Positions 1-9,414 of a DNA stretch of 64,000 bases are shown in pieces. Made by a program: the position numbers and the translations under genes. Positions within the stretch are counted from its first letter, which is position 1; every line of letters starts with the position of its first letter. Under the pieces are notes generated by a model. The model searched no databases, was not told the DNA's origin, and was given only the letters and a program-made list of their open reading frames with translations. The stretch is from the NCBI GenBank assembly GCA_050949565.1, contig JBMNFY010000001.1:1-64000 (forward strand). The letters are read 5' to 3'. The DNA comes from Kiritimatiellia bacterium (GTDB taxonomy: Bacteria; Verrucomicrobiota; Kiritimatiellia; RFP12; UBA1067).

Positions 1-525
1 ACGCTAGTCTCGACCGTCATCCCGCCAACATTTCACGGCAACAAGATCCCCACGGTTCGCGTATTCGATGAAAAGGGATCGCGGACGATAGGGAACGACA
101 CGCAACTGTATCTGTGCGCCACGTGGAACAGTTACGTCCTCGACTACCTCATTCGCATGCGGGTCACTACAACCCTGAACTTTTTCTACCTATATCAACT
201 CCCTGTCCCCCGCCTGACCGAGAAGGACGCGGCGTTCCGTCCGATTGTAGAGCGGGCGGTGCGCTTGATCTGCACGACGCCGGAGTTCGACGAACTGGCA
301 AAGGAGATCTTCGGCGAGCCGGCGACGGCTATGTCCGTCGGAGCGCCCGATCCGGCCGAGCGCGCAAAACTCCGCGCCGAACTCGACGGACTCGTCGCGC
401 ATCTCTACGGCCTGACCGAAGAGGAGTTCGCCCACATTCTCACCACCTTCCCGCTGGTTTCCGATGAGGTGAAGATCGCGGCTCACAACGCCTTCCGCAA
501 CGTCGAGAGAGGACTGGTCAAGTGA
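1..525 (+). CDS. C-terminal part of a type IIG (Eco57I-like) restriction-modification enzyme, 5'-truncated by the window
   Basis: Frame 1 is open from base 1: ...LCATWNSYVLDYLIRMRVTTTLNFFYLYQLPVP...RAELDGLVAHLYGLTEEEFAHILTTFP, the typical TRD/C-terminal tail of fused IIG RM proteins. Confidence 0.75.
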   Translation, partial: TLVSTVIPPTFHGNKIPTVRVFDEKGSRTIGNDTQLYLCATWNSYVLDYLIRMRVTTTLNFFYLYQLPVPRLTEKDAAFRPIVERAVRLICTTPEFDELAKEIFGEPATAMSVGAPDPAERAKLRAELDGLVAHLYGLTEEEFAHILTTFPLVSDEVKIAAHNAFRNVERGLVK

Positions 526-667
526 ATGAGGCCTTGCCATGAGTTTGAAATACCATCCCTCTGAATTATCTTATCTCAAAGACCGTATCGGCGCCCTGAT
601 GGCGCAGGGGAAGTAGACGAAGAGAGCGAACGGATGCGAACAATTACGGTGAATGGAGAAATGAATC

Positions 668-1249
668 ATGAACGAGAGCAACCCAGGCAACGTGTTGAGT
701 GGTTTCGAAATCCTTCTGGAGGAACTCGAGGCCGAGATTGAGATTTGCACGCGTAGCGGTGCCCGTGCCGTTGAGAATCGGGACTTTGGCAAGGCGGAAG
801 CTGCCATCGCCCGGGCGAAGATGGTCACTGAGTTTCGTGACAAGGTGGCCGACTTGCGCAAGCAGTGGGATGCCATCGGTGGCGCGGATTACGATCAGGA
901 TGAGGAGGCCAAAGTAGAGCGCCAGAATCTGGGCCGTCTGCGCAGGGGGCTGCGCACGTCGGAGACCGATTTTTATCTGCCGATTCTCAAGGCGCTCGAT
1001 GAGCTTGGTGGCAGTGCCAAGATGCAGAGCGTCCTTAGCAAGGTTCACAAGGCCATGAAGCCTGTCCTGAAGGACGTGGATTACGAGCCGCTTTCCAGCA
1101 ACCCCGACATGCCGCGCTGGCGCAATACGGCCCAGTGGGCACGCAACACCATGCGCCAAGAGGGGTTGCTCAAGGACGACTCACCGCACGGCACCTGGGA
1201 AATCTCGGACGCCGGCAGACTGCGACTCGCGCAAGGCAAGCGACCATGA
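668..1249 (+). CDS. Mrr N-terminal-type winged-helix domain protein with N-terminal coiled coil
   Basis: FYLPILKALDELGGSA...RWRNTAQWARNTMRQEGLL...GTWEISDAG matches the Mrr_N pattern; no nuclease domain is visible. Confidence 0.7.
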   Translation: MNESNPGNVLSGFEILLEELEAEIEICTRSGARAVENRDFGKAEAAIARAKMVTEFRDKVADLRKQWDAIGGADYDQDEEAKVERQNLGRLRRGLRTSETDFYLPILKALDELGGSAKMQSVLSKVHKAMKPVLKDVDYEPLSSNPDMPRWRNTAQWARNTMRQEGLLKDDSPHGTWEISDAGRLRLAQGKRP

Positions 1250-2310
1250 GCACCGATCCAAATAACAACCCCATGCCCAATTCCAGCATTATCCTCTACC
1301 AGACTGAGGATGGGCGGAGCCGGATTGAGGTCCGGCTGGAGAACGAGACTGTCTGGCTGACGCAACAGCTTATGGCGGAGTTGTTCCAGACGACGAAACA
1401 GAACATAGGCCAGCATCTCAAAAAAATCTTTGCTGAGGGCGAGTTGCAACAGGATTCAGTTGTAAAGAAATCCTTTATAACTGCCGCCGATGGAAAACAG
1501 TACGAGACTCTTTTATACAACCTTGATGCAATCATCTCGGTGGGTTACCGGGTCAACAGCATTAGAGGCACGCAGTTCCGTATCTGGGCGACCCAGCGGC
1601 TTCGCGAGTACATCGTAAAAGGATTCACGCTCGACGACGAACGGTTGAAGGGCAGGGATCGAATGGTTGACTACTTCGACGAACTGCTTGCCCGCATTCG
1701 TGAAATCCGCGCCAGCGAGAAACGGGTGTATCAGCGTGTCCGCGAGATATTCGCCTTGGCCACCGATTACCGGGAAGGCGAGCAGGAGACGCAGGTCTTC
1801 TTTGCCACCATGCAAAATAAGATGCACTTCGCCGCCACCGGCATGACGGCAGCGGAGATCGTGCGGCGGCGTGCCGATGCCATGCAGACCAACATGGGAC
1901 TAACCACATGGGCTGGCGGGAGAGTCCTGAAGCGCGACGTTCTGACAGCAAAGAATTATTTGGGCGAGCAAGAAATCGATGTGCTTAACCGCATTGTGGT
2001 CATGTTCCTCGATCAGGCAGAGTTCCGCGCCCAGCGCCGGACCGACATCAAGATGCGCGACTGGACCGCGTTTCTTGACAAGTTCCTTCGCGACACCGAA
2101 CTGCCAGTCCTAGGAGGCCCGGGAACAGTCGGCCAGGAAGAAGCCCGGACATGGGCCGAGTCCCAATACGATGCCTTCGCCGAGCGTCGTCGTCTGCAAG
2201 CGGAAGAGGCCGCTGAAAAGCAGTACATCGAGGATTTGAAGTCTGCAGCCAAGGCATTGGAGGCGACGAGGAAGAAGCCTTCTTCTAAACGCAAAGGTGG
2301 AAAGGCATGA
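1246..2310 (+). CDS. Virulence RhuM family protein
   Basis: IILYQTEDG..IEVRLENETVWLTQQLMAELFQ, YNLDAIISVGYRVNSIRGTQFRIWAT, LLARIREIRASEK; ATGA overlap with the upstream stop. Confidence 0.88.
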   Translation: MSTDPNNNPMPNSSIILYQTEDGRSRIEVRLENETVWLTQQLMAELFQTTKQNIGQHLKKIFAEGELQQDSVVKKSFITAADGKQYETLLYNLDAIISVGYRVNSIRGTQFRIWATQRLREYIVKGFTLDDERLKGRDRMVDYFDELLARIREIRASEKRVYQRVREIFALATDYREGEQETQVFFATMQNKMHFAATGMTAAEIVRRRADAMQTNMGLTTWAGGRVLKRDVLTAKNYLGEQEIDVLNRIVVMFLDQAEFRAQRRTDIKMRDWTAFLDKFLRDTELPVLGGPGTVGQEEARTWAESQYDAFAERRRLQAEEAAEKQYIEDLKSAAKALEATRKKPSSKRKGGKA

Positions 2311-2897
2311 AACAGGCCGACATTCAGGTCTATGGAGGTGCCGAAATTCCCGATCATCCCATGGTCGCGCTGTTGTGCTCGGAAAAGTGTCCCGGCAAGC
2401 TCATCCTCGACACCTACGACCTCGCCAAGCTGTTCCGCAAGCAGGGCGTCACCGTCATCAGCGGCTTCCATTCGCCGATGGAGGAGGAGTGCCTGCGCAT
2501 CTTGCTCCGATCTCCCCATCCAGTTGTCTGGTGTCTGGCCCGAGGCCTGTTCAAGCGCATCCCCACGCAACCGGTTGACTGCCGTCCCGCCATCGATGAA
2601 GGCCGGTTGCTGATCATCTCCCCGTTCAAGGCCAGCCTCAGCCGCGCCACCCAAAAAACGGCCATGATACGCAACCGCGTCATCGCCGATCTGGCCGCCG
2701 CCGTGGTCGTGGCGCATGCCGACCCTGACAGCGACAGCAAAGTCGGGGCGCTTGCCTGTGATCTTCTGGCGGCGGGCAAGCCCGTCTACACCTTCGACCA
2801 CCCCGCGAACGCCGCTATTCTCGACCGCGGCGCGCAAGATGTCAGCCAGCTTGACTTGACGCCGTTTATTTCCTCCACCGCCACCGAAAGCAGTTGA
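2307..2897 (+). CDS. Short DprA/SMF-like SLOG-fold protein
   Basis: VALLCSEKCPG, VISGFHSPMEEECL, RNRVIADLA..VVVAHA; ATGA overlap with rhuM. Confidence 0.7.
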   Translation: MKQADIQVYGGAEIPDHPMVALLCSEKCPGKLILDTYDLAKLFRKQGVTVISGFHSPMEEECLRILLRSPHPVVWCLARGLFKRIPTQPVDCRPAIDEGRLLIISPFKASLSRATQKTAMIRNRVIADLAAAVVVAHADPDSDSKVGALACDLLAAGKPVYTFDHPANAAILDRGAQDVSQLDLTPFISSTATESS

Positions 2898-2924
2898 AAG
2901 TTCGATGCTTTGGTTTCAGGGCTC

Positions 2925-3445
2925 GGGGTTATTTAACGCAGAGACGCAGAGACGCAGAGTTTTTTTGGGGGGCAGGGCTTGGGTTTTTGGAACCACAAAG
3001 GGCACGAAGGTTTTTTGGGGCAAGCCGCAAGTCGCAAGTCGCGGGTCAACCTCTCTTTCTGCTGTGCGGAAGGATGGGTTCTCAGGTTTCACTGCGGAGC
3101 ATCGGTAGGGGCGAGTGTCCCCGCGAGCCGCCTTCCGCGCGTGGCGCGGAAGGCGGCTCGCGGGGACACTCGCCCTCCAGTGCTACGGTCTGGGCTCGCG
3201 GAGCGCTGGGAGGGGCAAGCGTCTGCTTGCCCGAGGACGAGCGACGCTCGTCCCTTCCTACGGCGGTTACGCAGCCATCCCCAAAAAATCTCTGCGCCGC
3301 TGCGTCTCTGCGTTAAAAAACGTTCAACTCTCAACGTTCAACTCTCAACTCTCAACCTTCTGCGGGCGGGGACGCCTACGCTCCCGACTGCGCACACGCA
3401 AACCACGCACTAAACTCGCGCATCCCTGTCACTAACCGATTGCAG
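2925..3445. repeat. Mosaic intergenic REP-like repeat cluster
   Basis: TTTAACGCAGAGACGCAGAGACGCAGAG at ~2931 with an inverted copy at ~3283-3320; long hairpin 3108-3175 (GGGCGAGTGTCCCCGCGAGCCGCCTTCCGC...); CAACTCT/CAACGTT 7-mers; modules recur elsewhere in the window. Confidence 0.85.
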
Positions 3446-3516
3446 CCCAAGCACTGTCTGCGCTTGCGGAGAGAGCCGGGTCAAGCTATACTGTGCCTAC
3501 GTTTTTTGGAGTCTTT

Positions 3517-4725
3517 ATGATGCATCGATTTTGTTTGGCGATTTTGTTTTTCGCGGCGGTCGGGGTGATGCCGGCGGCATTCGCGCAGTCGGCGGCGCAA
3601 CCGCCGCTGATCTCGGTGGTCAAGAAGGGGGCGGATAAAAATACCGTCTCTTTGTCCGGTTTGCAGGCATCGGGACCGTATGGACAACTTTTCGTAAAAA
3701 CTTTAACGCGTGACCTGGAGCTTTCTGGCTGGTTTAAGGTTGCTCCGTCGGGCGCGGTGACCGTGAAGGGTTCGGTGGCGGATGCGGGTTCGGGCGTGCA
3801 AAGCGCTTGCCGCGTGGAGTGGCCCGGCAAGGCCTTCAACTGGGCGCGTACCTCGCTAGGACAGGCCGAGGTGAGGCGTCAAGCGCACCAGCTCGCGGAC
3901 GAGATGGTCAAGCTGATCGCCGGCGAGGTCGGCATCGCTCAGACGCGTATCGTCTTTGTCAACCGTCGTGGCCGCAACAACGCGGATCTTTACGTCTGCG
4001 ACGCTGACGGCCAAAATGTCATGCAGGTCACCCATGACAACGTGGCGGTTGTCGGCCCGCGTTGGGCACCGAACGGGCGTGACATCTACTACACCAGTTT
4101 CCTGAAGGGGTATCCGGCGGTCTACCGCATGGCGGTGGGCGCGGAGCGCAAGGCGCTGGCGGCGTTCAAAGGGCTGAACACCGGCGCGGCGATTTCGCCG
4201 GACGGTTCGCGCGCCGCGATCATCCTTTCCTATCAAGGCAATCCGGAGTTGTACGTGCTGACGCTCTCTGGCGGCAACCTGACGCGGCTGACCCAGACGC
4301 CCCACGGTTCCGAGGCCAGTCCCTGCTGGTCGCCCGACGGACGCAGTATCGTTTATGTGAGTGACGTTGACCGCACGCCGCAACTCTATCTGGTGGATGT
4401 GGCGACGCGCCGTTCGCGCCGGTTGACTTACAAAGGTTCTGAAAATGTCAATCCTGACTGGCACGCCAAGGGCGGGATTGTCTATGCCACTAAGCGCAGC
4501 GGAGGCTATCAGATCGCGGTGCTCAACCCGCAGGAGGGTGAGCGGTCAGCGACGATGGTGACGCAGCCCGGCACTTACGAGCACCCCTCTTGGGCGGCGA
4601 ACGGGCGGCATGTGGTCTGTTCGAATAGGGGCGCGCTCTACATTCTTGACACTCTGGGGGATCCTGCGGTACGTTTAATCAACATTGCCGGGAATTGGAT
4701 GTCTCCAGATTGGTCTGAGCGCTAA
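3517..4725 (+). CDS. tolB: Tol-Pal beta-propeller protein TolB
   Basis: Signal peptide, PD40 repeats (PRWAPNG, AISPDG, PCWSPDG, PSWAANG); directly upstream of pal. Confidence 0.88.
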   Translation: MMHRFCLAILFFAAVGVMPAAFAQSAAQPPLISVVKKGADKNTVSLSGLQASGPYGQLFVKTLTRDLELSGWFKVAPSGAVTVKGSVADAGSGVQSACRVEWPGKAFNWARTSLGQAEVRRQAHQLADEMVKLIAGEVGIAQTRIVFVNRRGRNNADLYVCDADGQNVMQVTHDNVAVVGPRWAPNGRDIYYTSFLKGYPAVYRMAVGAERKALAAFKGLNTGAAISPDGSRAAIILSYQGNPELYVLTLSGGNLTRLTQTPHGSEASPCWSPDGRSIVYVSDVDRTPQLYLVDVATRRSRRLTYKGSENVNPDWHAKGGIVYATKRSGGYQIAVLNPQEGERSATMVTQPGTYEHPSWAANGRHVVCSNRGALYILDTLGDPAVRLINIAGNWMSPDWSER

Positions 4726-4753
4726 TAACGGTTCACGAGTGAGGAGTTCACGT

Positions 4754-5329
4754 ATGCATATTCGTTCGGTCGTCTTTGTCAATGTCGCAATGGCCAGCCT
4801 GCTTCTTCTTGCAGCGGGTTGCCGTATGCCGTGGTCTAAAAGGGGTGGCGCGGGCGGCGCTGGTGCCGGTGGCGGCTTGGGGTTGGATGACCCGACGCTT
4901 CTGGAAACCACGGATATTCCCTCGGTTTATGATAATATGGGTGGTCTCGTTAGCGGTGCGCGTTTCGAAGACACGCTCGCGCCTGTGCAGGGTGTGACCT
5001 TTGCGCCGGTCTACTTCGCGTTCGACAGCTATGCGCTGGCTCCTTCCGAAGTCGCCAAGATCGAGCAGGTCGCCATGCATCTCCAACAGAACGCGAACCA
5101 CGTGTTGGTGGTCGAAGGACACTGCGACGAGCGCGGCAGCAATGAGTACAACCTGTCGCTGGGCGAGAACCGCGCCATTTCGGTGCGCACGCGTCTGGTG
5201 GAACTGGGCGTGCTGGGTGATCGCATTCAGACCCGCAGCTATGGCGAAGAGAAGCCCGCTGTGATGGGTTCCGGCGAAGAGGTGTGGCGCCTGAACCGTC
5301 GCGGCGAGTTTGCGCTGTTCCAGAAGTAA
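4754..5329 (+). CDS. pal: Peptidoglycan-associated lipoprotein (OmpA-like)
   Basis: Lipobox LAAGC; VYFAFDS, EGHCDERGSNEYNLSLGENRA, SYGEEKP, NRRGEF. Confidence 0.92.
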   Translation: MHIRSVVFVNVAMASLLLLAAGCRMPWSKRGGAGGAGAGGGLGLDDPTLLETTDIPSVYDNMGGLVSGARFEDTLAPVQGVTFAPVYFAFDSYALAPSEVAKIEQVAMHLQQNANHVLVVEGHCDERGSNEYNLSLGENRAISVRTRLVELGVLGDRIQTRSYGEEKPAVMGSGEEVWRLNRRGEFALFQK

Positions 5330-5353
5330 GTGGGCGCGCAGGGGCTTCCGGGC

Positions 5354-5836
5354 ATGTTTTATTTTCCCATCTTAGCGTTCCTCGGCGGCTCCGTGGGCGC
5401 GGGCGAATGGGTGGTGCTGTTTGCGGTCATCCTGATTGTGGTTGGCCCCAAACGCCTGCCCGAGATTGCCCGCAAACTGGGCCGCACGATGGAGATGTTC
5501 CGTCGTGCGGCTGACGAGTTCAAGGATCAATTGATGAACATGGACCAGCCGTCGTCGTCCGAGTCGTCATCTGAATCGTATTCGTCACACCCGGACACGT
5601 CGTATGATGGCGATGGCGTGCCGTCTGATCCCGCCGAGTCGTACGGCTACGACAATCCTTATCCCGATACCGCGGACTACCCCGGCAATGAGGATCATGT
5701 CGCCGAGTGGTCGGCAGGATCTTCAGATGAGTCGGGTACTCCACAGGACGCGACGGAGGAGGTGGTGTCCGAGACGACGCCTGAAACTCCGGTGACATCT
5801 GAAGCTTCCGAGATGCCCACGGAGCACACCACATGA
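5354..5836 (+). CDS. tatB: Twin-arginine translocase TatA/B subunit
   Basis: GEWVVLFAVILIVVGPKRLPEIARKLGR; acidic tail; upstream of tatC. Confidence 0.8.
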   Translation: MFYFPILAFLGGSVGAGEWVVLFAVILIVVGPKRLPEIARKLGRTMEMFRRAADEFKDQLMNMDQPSSSESSSESYSSHPDTSYDGDGVPSDPAESYGYDNPYPDTADYPGNEDHVAEWSAGSSDESGTPQDATEEVVSETTPETPVTSEASEMPTEHTT

Positions 5837-6657
5837 AGGTCGGGCGATTCTTGATCAAGAGAGACGAAACAGACGATGGTTACAACGATCCGCCGCGTCC
5901 GTTCATCGAACATCTGATCGATCTGCGCGACTGCCTGTTGCACTGCGTGATCGCTTGGGTCCTCTGCGAAATCATTATCATCCCGTTCGCGCCGAAGATC
6001 ACGGAGTGGATTATCGCCCCCGCCGGGCTCTCAACGGACAAGGTGCAGGGCCTTGGCTGGACGGCGGGCTTCAGCATCCTGATCAAGATCATGCTGTGGG
6101 GGGGCACGGCGCTCAGCATGCCGTTCCTGCTCTTCTTCATCATGCGTTTCGTTTTTCCCGGATTGAAACGCACCGAGCGCTCAATCATTGTCTTTTGCCT
6201 GTTCGCTTCGACGTTTCTTTTTGGTATCGGCGTTTGGATGGCCTATGCGGCGACCCTTGAGATCGCCATCGATGTCCTGCAGAAAATCAATTCGTGGGTG
6301 GGTATCAAGGTCGATATCGTACGGCTTGATGAACACGTCGATATCGTCATCAAAACGATCATCGCCTTTGGACTGGCCTTTCAGCTTCCGCTGCTGTTGT
6401 TGGCGCTGGGCTGGATCGGTGTGGTTCCGTCCGAAGCACTTCGTTCGCGTCGCCGCATTGCTATCGTGATCATTTTCGTGATCGCGATGGTCCTGACCCC
6501 GCCCGATCCGGTCTCGCAGACCTTGATGGCGCTGCCGATGTGCGCGCTGTATGAGGCCTGCATCTGGATCATCCGCCTGCGTGAATTAGCGCGGGGCGAC
6601 AAGAAAAAAGAAGAAGACGATGATGAACCCCCCGCGCCGGATGACGGCGCGGACTGA
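5833..6657 (+). CDS. tatC: Twin-arginine translocase subunit TatC
   Basis: PFIEHLIDLR, FGLAFQLP, LTPPDPVSQ..MALPMCALYE. Confidence 0.93.
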   Translation: MKVGRFLIKRDETDDGYNDPPRPFIEHLIDLRDCLLHCVIAWVLCEIIIIPFAPKITEWIIAPAGLSTDKVQGLGWTAGFSILIKIMLWGGTALSMPFLLFFIMRFVFPGLKRTERSIIVFCLFASTFLFGIGVWMAYAATLEIAIDVLQKINSWVGIKVDIVRLDEHVDIVIKTIIAFGLAFQLPLLLLALGWIGVVPSEALRSRRRIAIVIIFVIAMVLTPPDPVSQTLMALPMCALYEACIWIIRLRELARGDKKKEEDDDEPPAPDDGAD

Positions 6658-6671
6658 GAGGGAGGTACGCC

Positions 6672-7262
6672 ATGGCACGTACGGCGACACGCACACGCAC
6701 CACACGCGAAACAGACATCGCGGTGACGCTCAATCTAGACGGCAGCGGCGTCAGCCGCATTGAAACCGGTATTGGCTTTTTCGACCACATGCTGGAACTT
6801 TTCGCGCGGCACGCGCTCGTGGATCTTGAGGTGCGTGCCAAGGGCGATGTGCATGTGGATTACCACCACACCGTGGAAGACGTGGGGCTGGTGCTCGGCG
6901 CTTGTCTCAACGAGGCGCTCGGCGAGCGTCGTGGTATCCGGCGTTACGGATTTTTCCTGTTGCCGATGGACGAGGCGCTTTGCGAGGTGGCGATTGATCT
7001 GGGCGGACGTCCGTTTCTGGTCTTCGTCAGCGCGATGAAGCATCACAAGGTGCGCGATTTTGAGGTGAAGTTGCTGGAAGAGTTCTTCCGTGCGCTGTCG
7101 GTCGAGGCGCGCCTCAACCTGCATGTACGGCAGGTGTACGGCGACGAGGCGCACCATGTGTGTGAGGCCATGCTCAAAGGATTTGCGCGCACGTTGCGCA
7201 TGGCAGTCGAGCCCGATCCGCGTGAGACCGGCATTCCCTCGAGCAAGGGGACGATCGGATGA
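6672..7262 (+). CDS. hisB: Imidazoleglycerol-phosphate dehydratase
   Basis: TGIGFFDHML, DYHHTVED, PMDEAL, HHVCEA, PSSKG. Confidence 0.96.
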   Translation: MARTATRTRTTRETDIAVTLNLDGSGVSRIETGIGFFDHMLELFARHALVDLEVRAKGDVHVDYHHTVEDVGLVLGACLNEALGERRGIRRYGFFLLPMDEALCEVAIDLGGRPFLVFVSAMKHHKVRDFEVKLLEEFFRALSVEARLNLHVRQVYGDEAHHVCEAMLKGFARTLRMAVEPDPRETGIPSSKGTIG

Positions 7263-7990
7263 TTATTCTGCCCGCGATTGATTTGAAGGATGGTCACTGC
7301 GTACGGCTACGGCAAGGCCGGGCGGACGACGTGACCGTGTATGCCGATGATCCTGTGGCGCAGGCGCTCGACTGGCGCGATCAGGGCGCGGAGCAGTTGC
7401 ATGTGGTGGATCTGGACGGTGCCTTCCAAGGGGCGCCGCAGCATACGGCGGTGATCGAGCGCATCGTGCAGGCGGTCGGCATTCCGGTCGAGGTGGGCGG
7501 CGGTCTGCGCAGCGATGCGCATGTCGAGCAGCTTTTGGCGGCTGGCGTGGCGCGTGCAATTATCGGCACGCGCGCGTTGGAAAACATCGATGCCCTGGCC
7601 GCCCTTGTGCAGCGTTTCGGCGATGCCATCGCGGTCGGCATTGACGCGCGTGATGGCTTTGTGCAGGTCAAGGGGTGGGTCGAGACCACCGATACGCGCG
7701 CCACTGCCTTGGCGCGTCAGGTGGTGGAGGTCGGTGTGCGCACGATCATCTACACCGACACCGCGACGGACGGCATGCTGGGCGGCCCCAACCTGACAGC
7801 CATGCGCGAAATCTGTCAGGCGGTTCCCGCTTGCAGTGTCATCGCCTCGGGTGGCGTCAGTGCACCGGAACACGTGACCGCTCTCAAGGCGCTGGGATGT
7901 CCCAATCTGTTCGGCGCGATCGTCGGCAAAGCGCTCTACGACGGCAAGACGACCCTGGCCGCAATGCTGGCGGCAGCCGCAGCCGGTTGA
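7259..7990 (+). CDS. hisA: ProFAR isomerase
   Basis: ILPAIDLKDG.CVRLRQG, LHVVDLDGA, EVGGGLR, TDGMLGGPN, IASGG, GKALY. Confidence 0.95.
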   Translation: MIILPAIDLKDGHCVRLRQGRADDVTVYADDPVAQALDWRDQGAEQLHVVDLDGAFQGAPQHTAVIERIVQAVGIPVEVGGGLRSDAHVEQLLAAGVARAIIGTRALENIDALAALVQRFGDAIAVGIDARDGFVQVKGWVETTDTRATALARQVVEVGVRTIIYTDTATDGMLGGPNLTAMREICQAVPACSVIASGGVSAPEHVTALKALGCPNLFGAIVGKALYDGKTTLAAMLAAAAAG

Positions 7991-8015
7991 GCGTCTGCCA
8001 CGAGGAATGATTGTG

Positions 8016-8111
8016 GAGGCTCTTGCAAAACCCTTTGCTTGCAGGTGTGGCACGGGCATCTTGCCCGTGTTTCATGGGCGAGACGCCCATGTCACGAGGG
8101 TTTTTGCAAGA
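8016..8111. mobile_element. MITE-like element with terminal inverted repeats and REP core
   Basis: GAGGCTCTTGCAAAACCCT ... AGGGTTTTTGCAAGA around GTGGCACGGGCATCTTGCCCGTG / CATGGGCGAGACGCCCATG; a related copy lies at 59541-59651. Confidence 0.7.
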
Positions 8112-8130
8112 ATGATTGCGGAGTTTCCCT

Positions 8131-9414
8131 ATGCTTGATCATGTCGAGGTTACGGTTTTGAAAAACGGCGCCACGGTGGTGTCGTCGCTGATCCCCGACT
8201 CGGAAAGCATTTCCGTCGGCGTTTGGGTGGGGGCGGGCGGCCGCCACGAAGCGCCCCGCGTGGCCGGTGTCAGCCACTTTCTTGAACACATGCTTTTCAA
8301 AGGCACGCCGACGCGTTCGGCGCTGGCGATTTCACAGGCGATCGAGGGACGCGGCGGTTATCTGAACGCCTACACGCAAGAGGAGAGCACCTGTTACTAC
8401 GCGCGTCTGCCGCACGAGTATCTGGAGCAAGCTTTCGATGTGTTGGCTGACATGTATCTCAACGCTGTGATCGGCGAGGAGGATTTCAACCGCGAGCGTG
8501 ACGTCATCCTCGAAGAGATCAAGATGTATCAGGATTTACCGCAGCAGGTGGCGCAGGAGAAGTTGCAAGAGGTCATGTTCAAGGGCCATCCGCTCGGGGC
8601 GCCGCTCGCCGGCGATGAAACCGCGTTGCGCCGCATGACCCGCGAGACGCTGCTGCGCTACAAGGCGCGTACCTACACGCCGTCCGCCTCGATTTTTGTA
8701 TTTGCCGGACGGCTCGACCATGCCGCTTGCGTGGCGTGCGTCGAACGGGCAGTCGGCTCGCGGCGCGCGGCCAGACGGGTACACGCCAAGCGCGTCGACA
8801 ACACGGTGGCGCAAGAGCGTCTGGTGTGCGTGCGCAAGGAGATTGCGCAGGTTCACGCTGTGGTCGGTTTCCGCATTTTTGGACGACATGACGATCGTCG
8901 TTATGCGCTGCGTGTCCTGAATGGACTGCTCGGGGAGAACATGAGTTCGCGTCTCTTCCAAAGTGTGCGCGAGCGGCACGGCCTCTGTTATTCGATCCAA
9001 TCCAGCTTCCAGTTGTTTGAAGAGACCGGCCTCTTCACCATCAGCGGCGGCTTTGACGAGCAACGCGCGTGTGCCGCGCTCAAGTTGACGGCCAAGGAGA
9101 TCCGCCGTCTGCTCCGCACGAATGTCGGCGCGGCGGAGTTGGCGCGTACCAAGGAATATTTGCTGGGTGCTTTCCGCTTGGGACTCGAAGGGGCCAGTAA
9201 CCAGATGACCTACCTCGGCGAGTGCGTGCAGAACTACGGGCGTTTCATCCATCCGGATGAGACGATCAAGGCGATTAAGGCGGTGACCGCCGCTGACGTG
9301 CGCCGCGTGGCGGAGGACATCTTCGATCCTGCGCACATGACGCTTTCGCTGGTTGTTCCCAATACGCACCCGATGAGCGACGATGAATGGATCGCTTGCA
9401 TGGACGTGCGATGA
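8131..9414 (+). CDS. M16 family zinc peptidase (pitrilysin-like)
   Basis: Inverted zinc motif HFLEHMLFKGT, NAYT, SSRLFQ.VRE..GLCY. Confidence 0.93.
   Translation: MLDHVEVTVLKNGATVVSSLIPDSESISVGVWVGAGGRHEAPRVAGVSHFLEHMLFKGTPTRSALAISQAIEGRGGYLNAYTQEESTCYYARLPHEYLEQAFDVLADMYLNAVIGEEDFNRERDVILEEIKMYQDLPQQVAQEKLQEVMFKGHPLGAPLAGDETALRRMTRETLLRYKARTYTPSASIFVFAGRLDHAACVACVERAVGSRRAARRVHAKRVDNTVAQERLVCVRKEIAQVHAVVGFRIFGRHDDRRYALRVLNGLLGENMSSRLFQSVRERHGLCYSIQSSFQLFEETGLFTISGGFDEQRACAALKLTAKEIRRLLRTNVGAAELARTKEYLLGAFRLGLEGASNQMTYLGECVQNYGRFIHPDETIKAIKAVTAADVRRVAEDIFDPAHMTLSLVVPNTHPMSDDEWIACMDVR

Noticed and set aside
2894-3435. ORFs within intergenic repeat clusters (also 33.8-35.1, 37.0-37.8 and 40.6-41.7 kb)
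   Set aside because: They are translations of repeat modules (LTQRRRDAE, KKPLRLCASALK), not credible genes.
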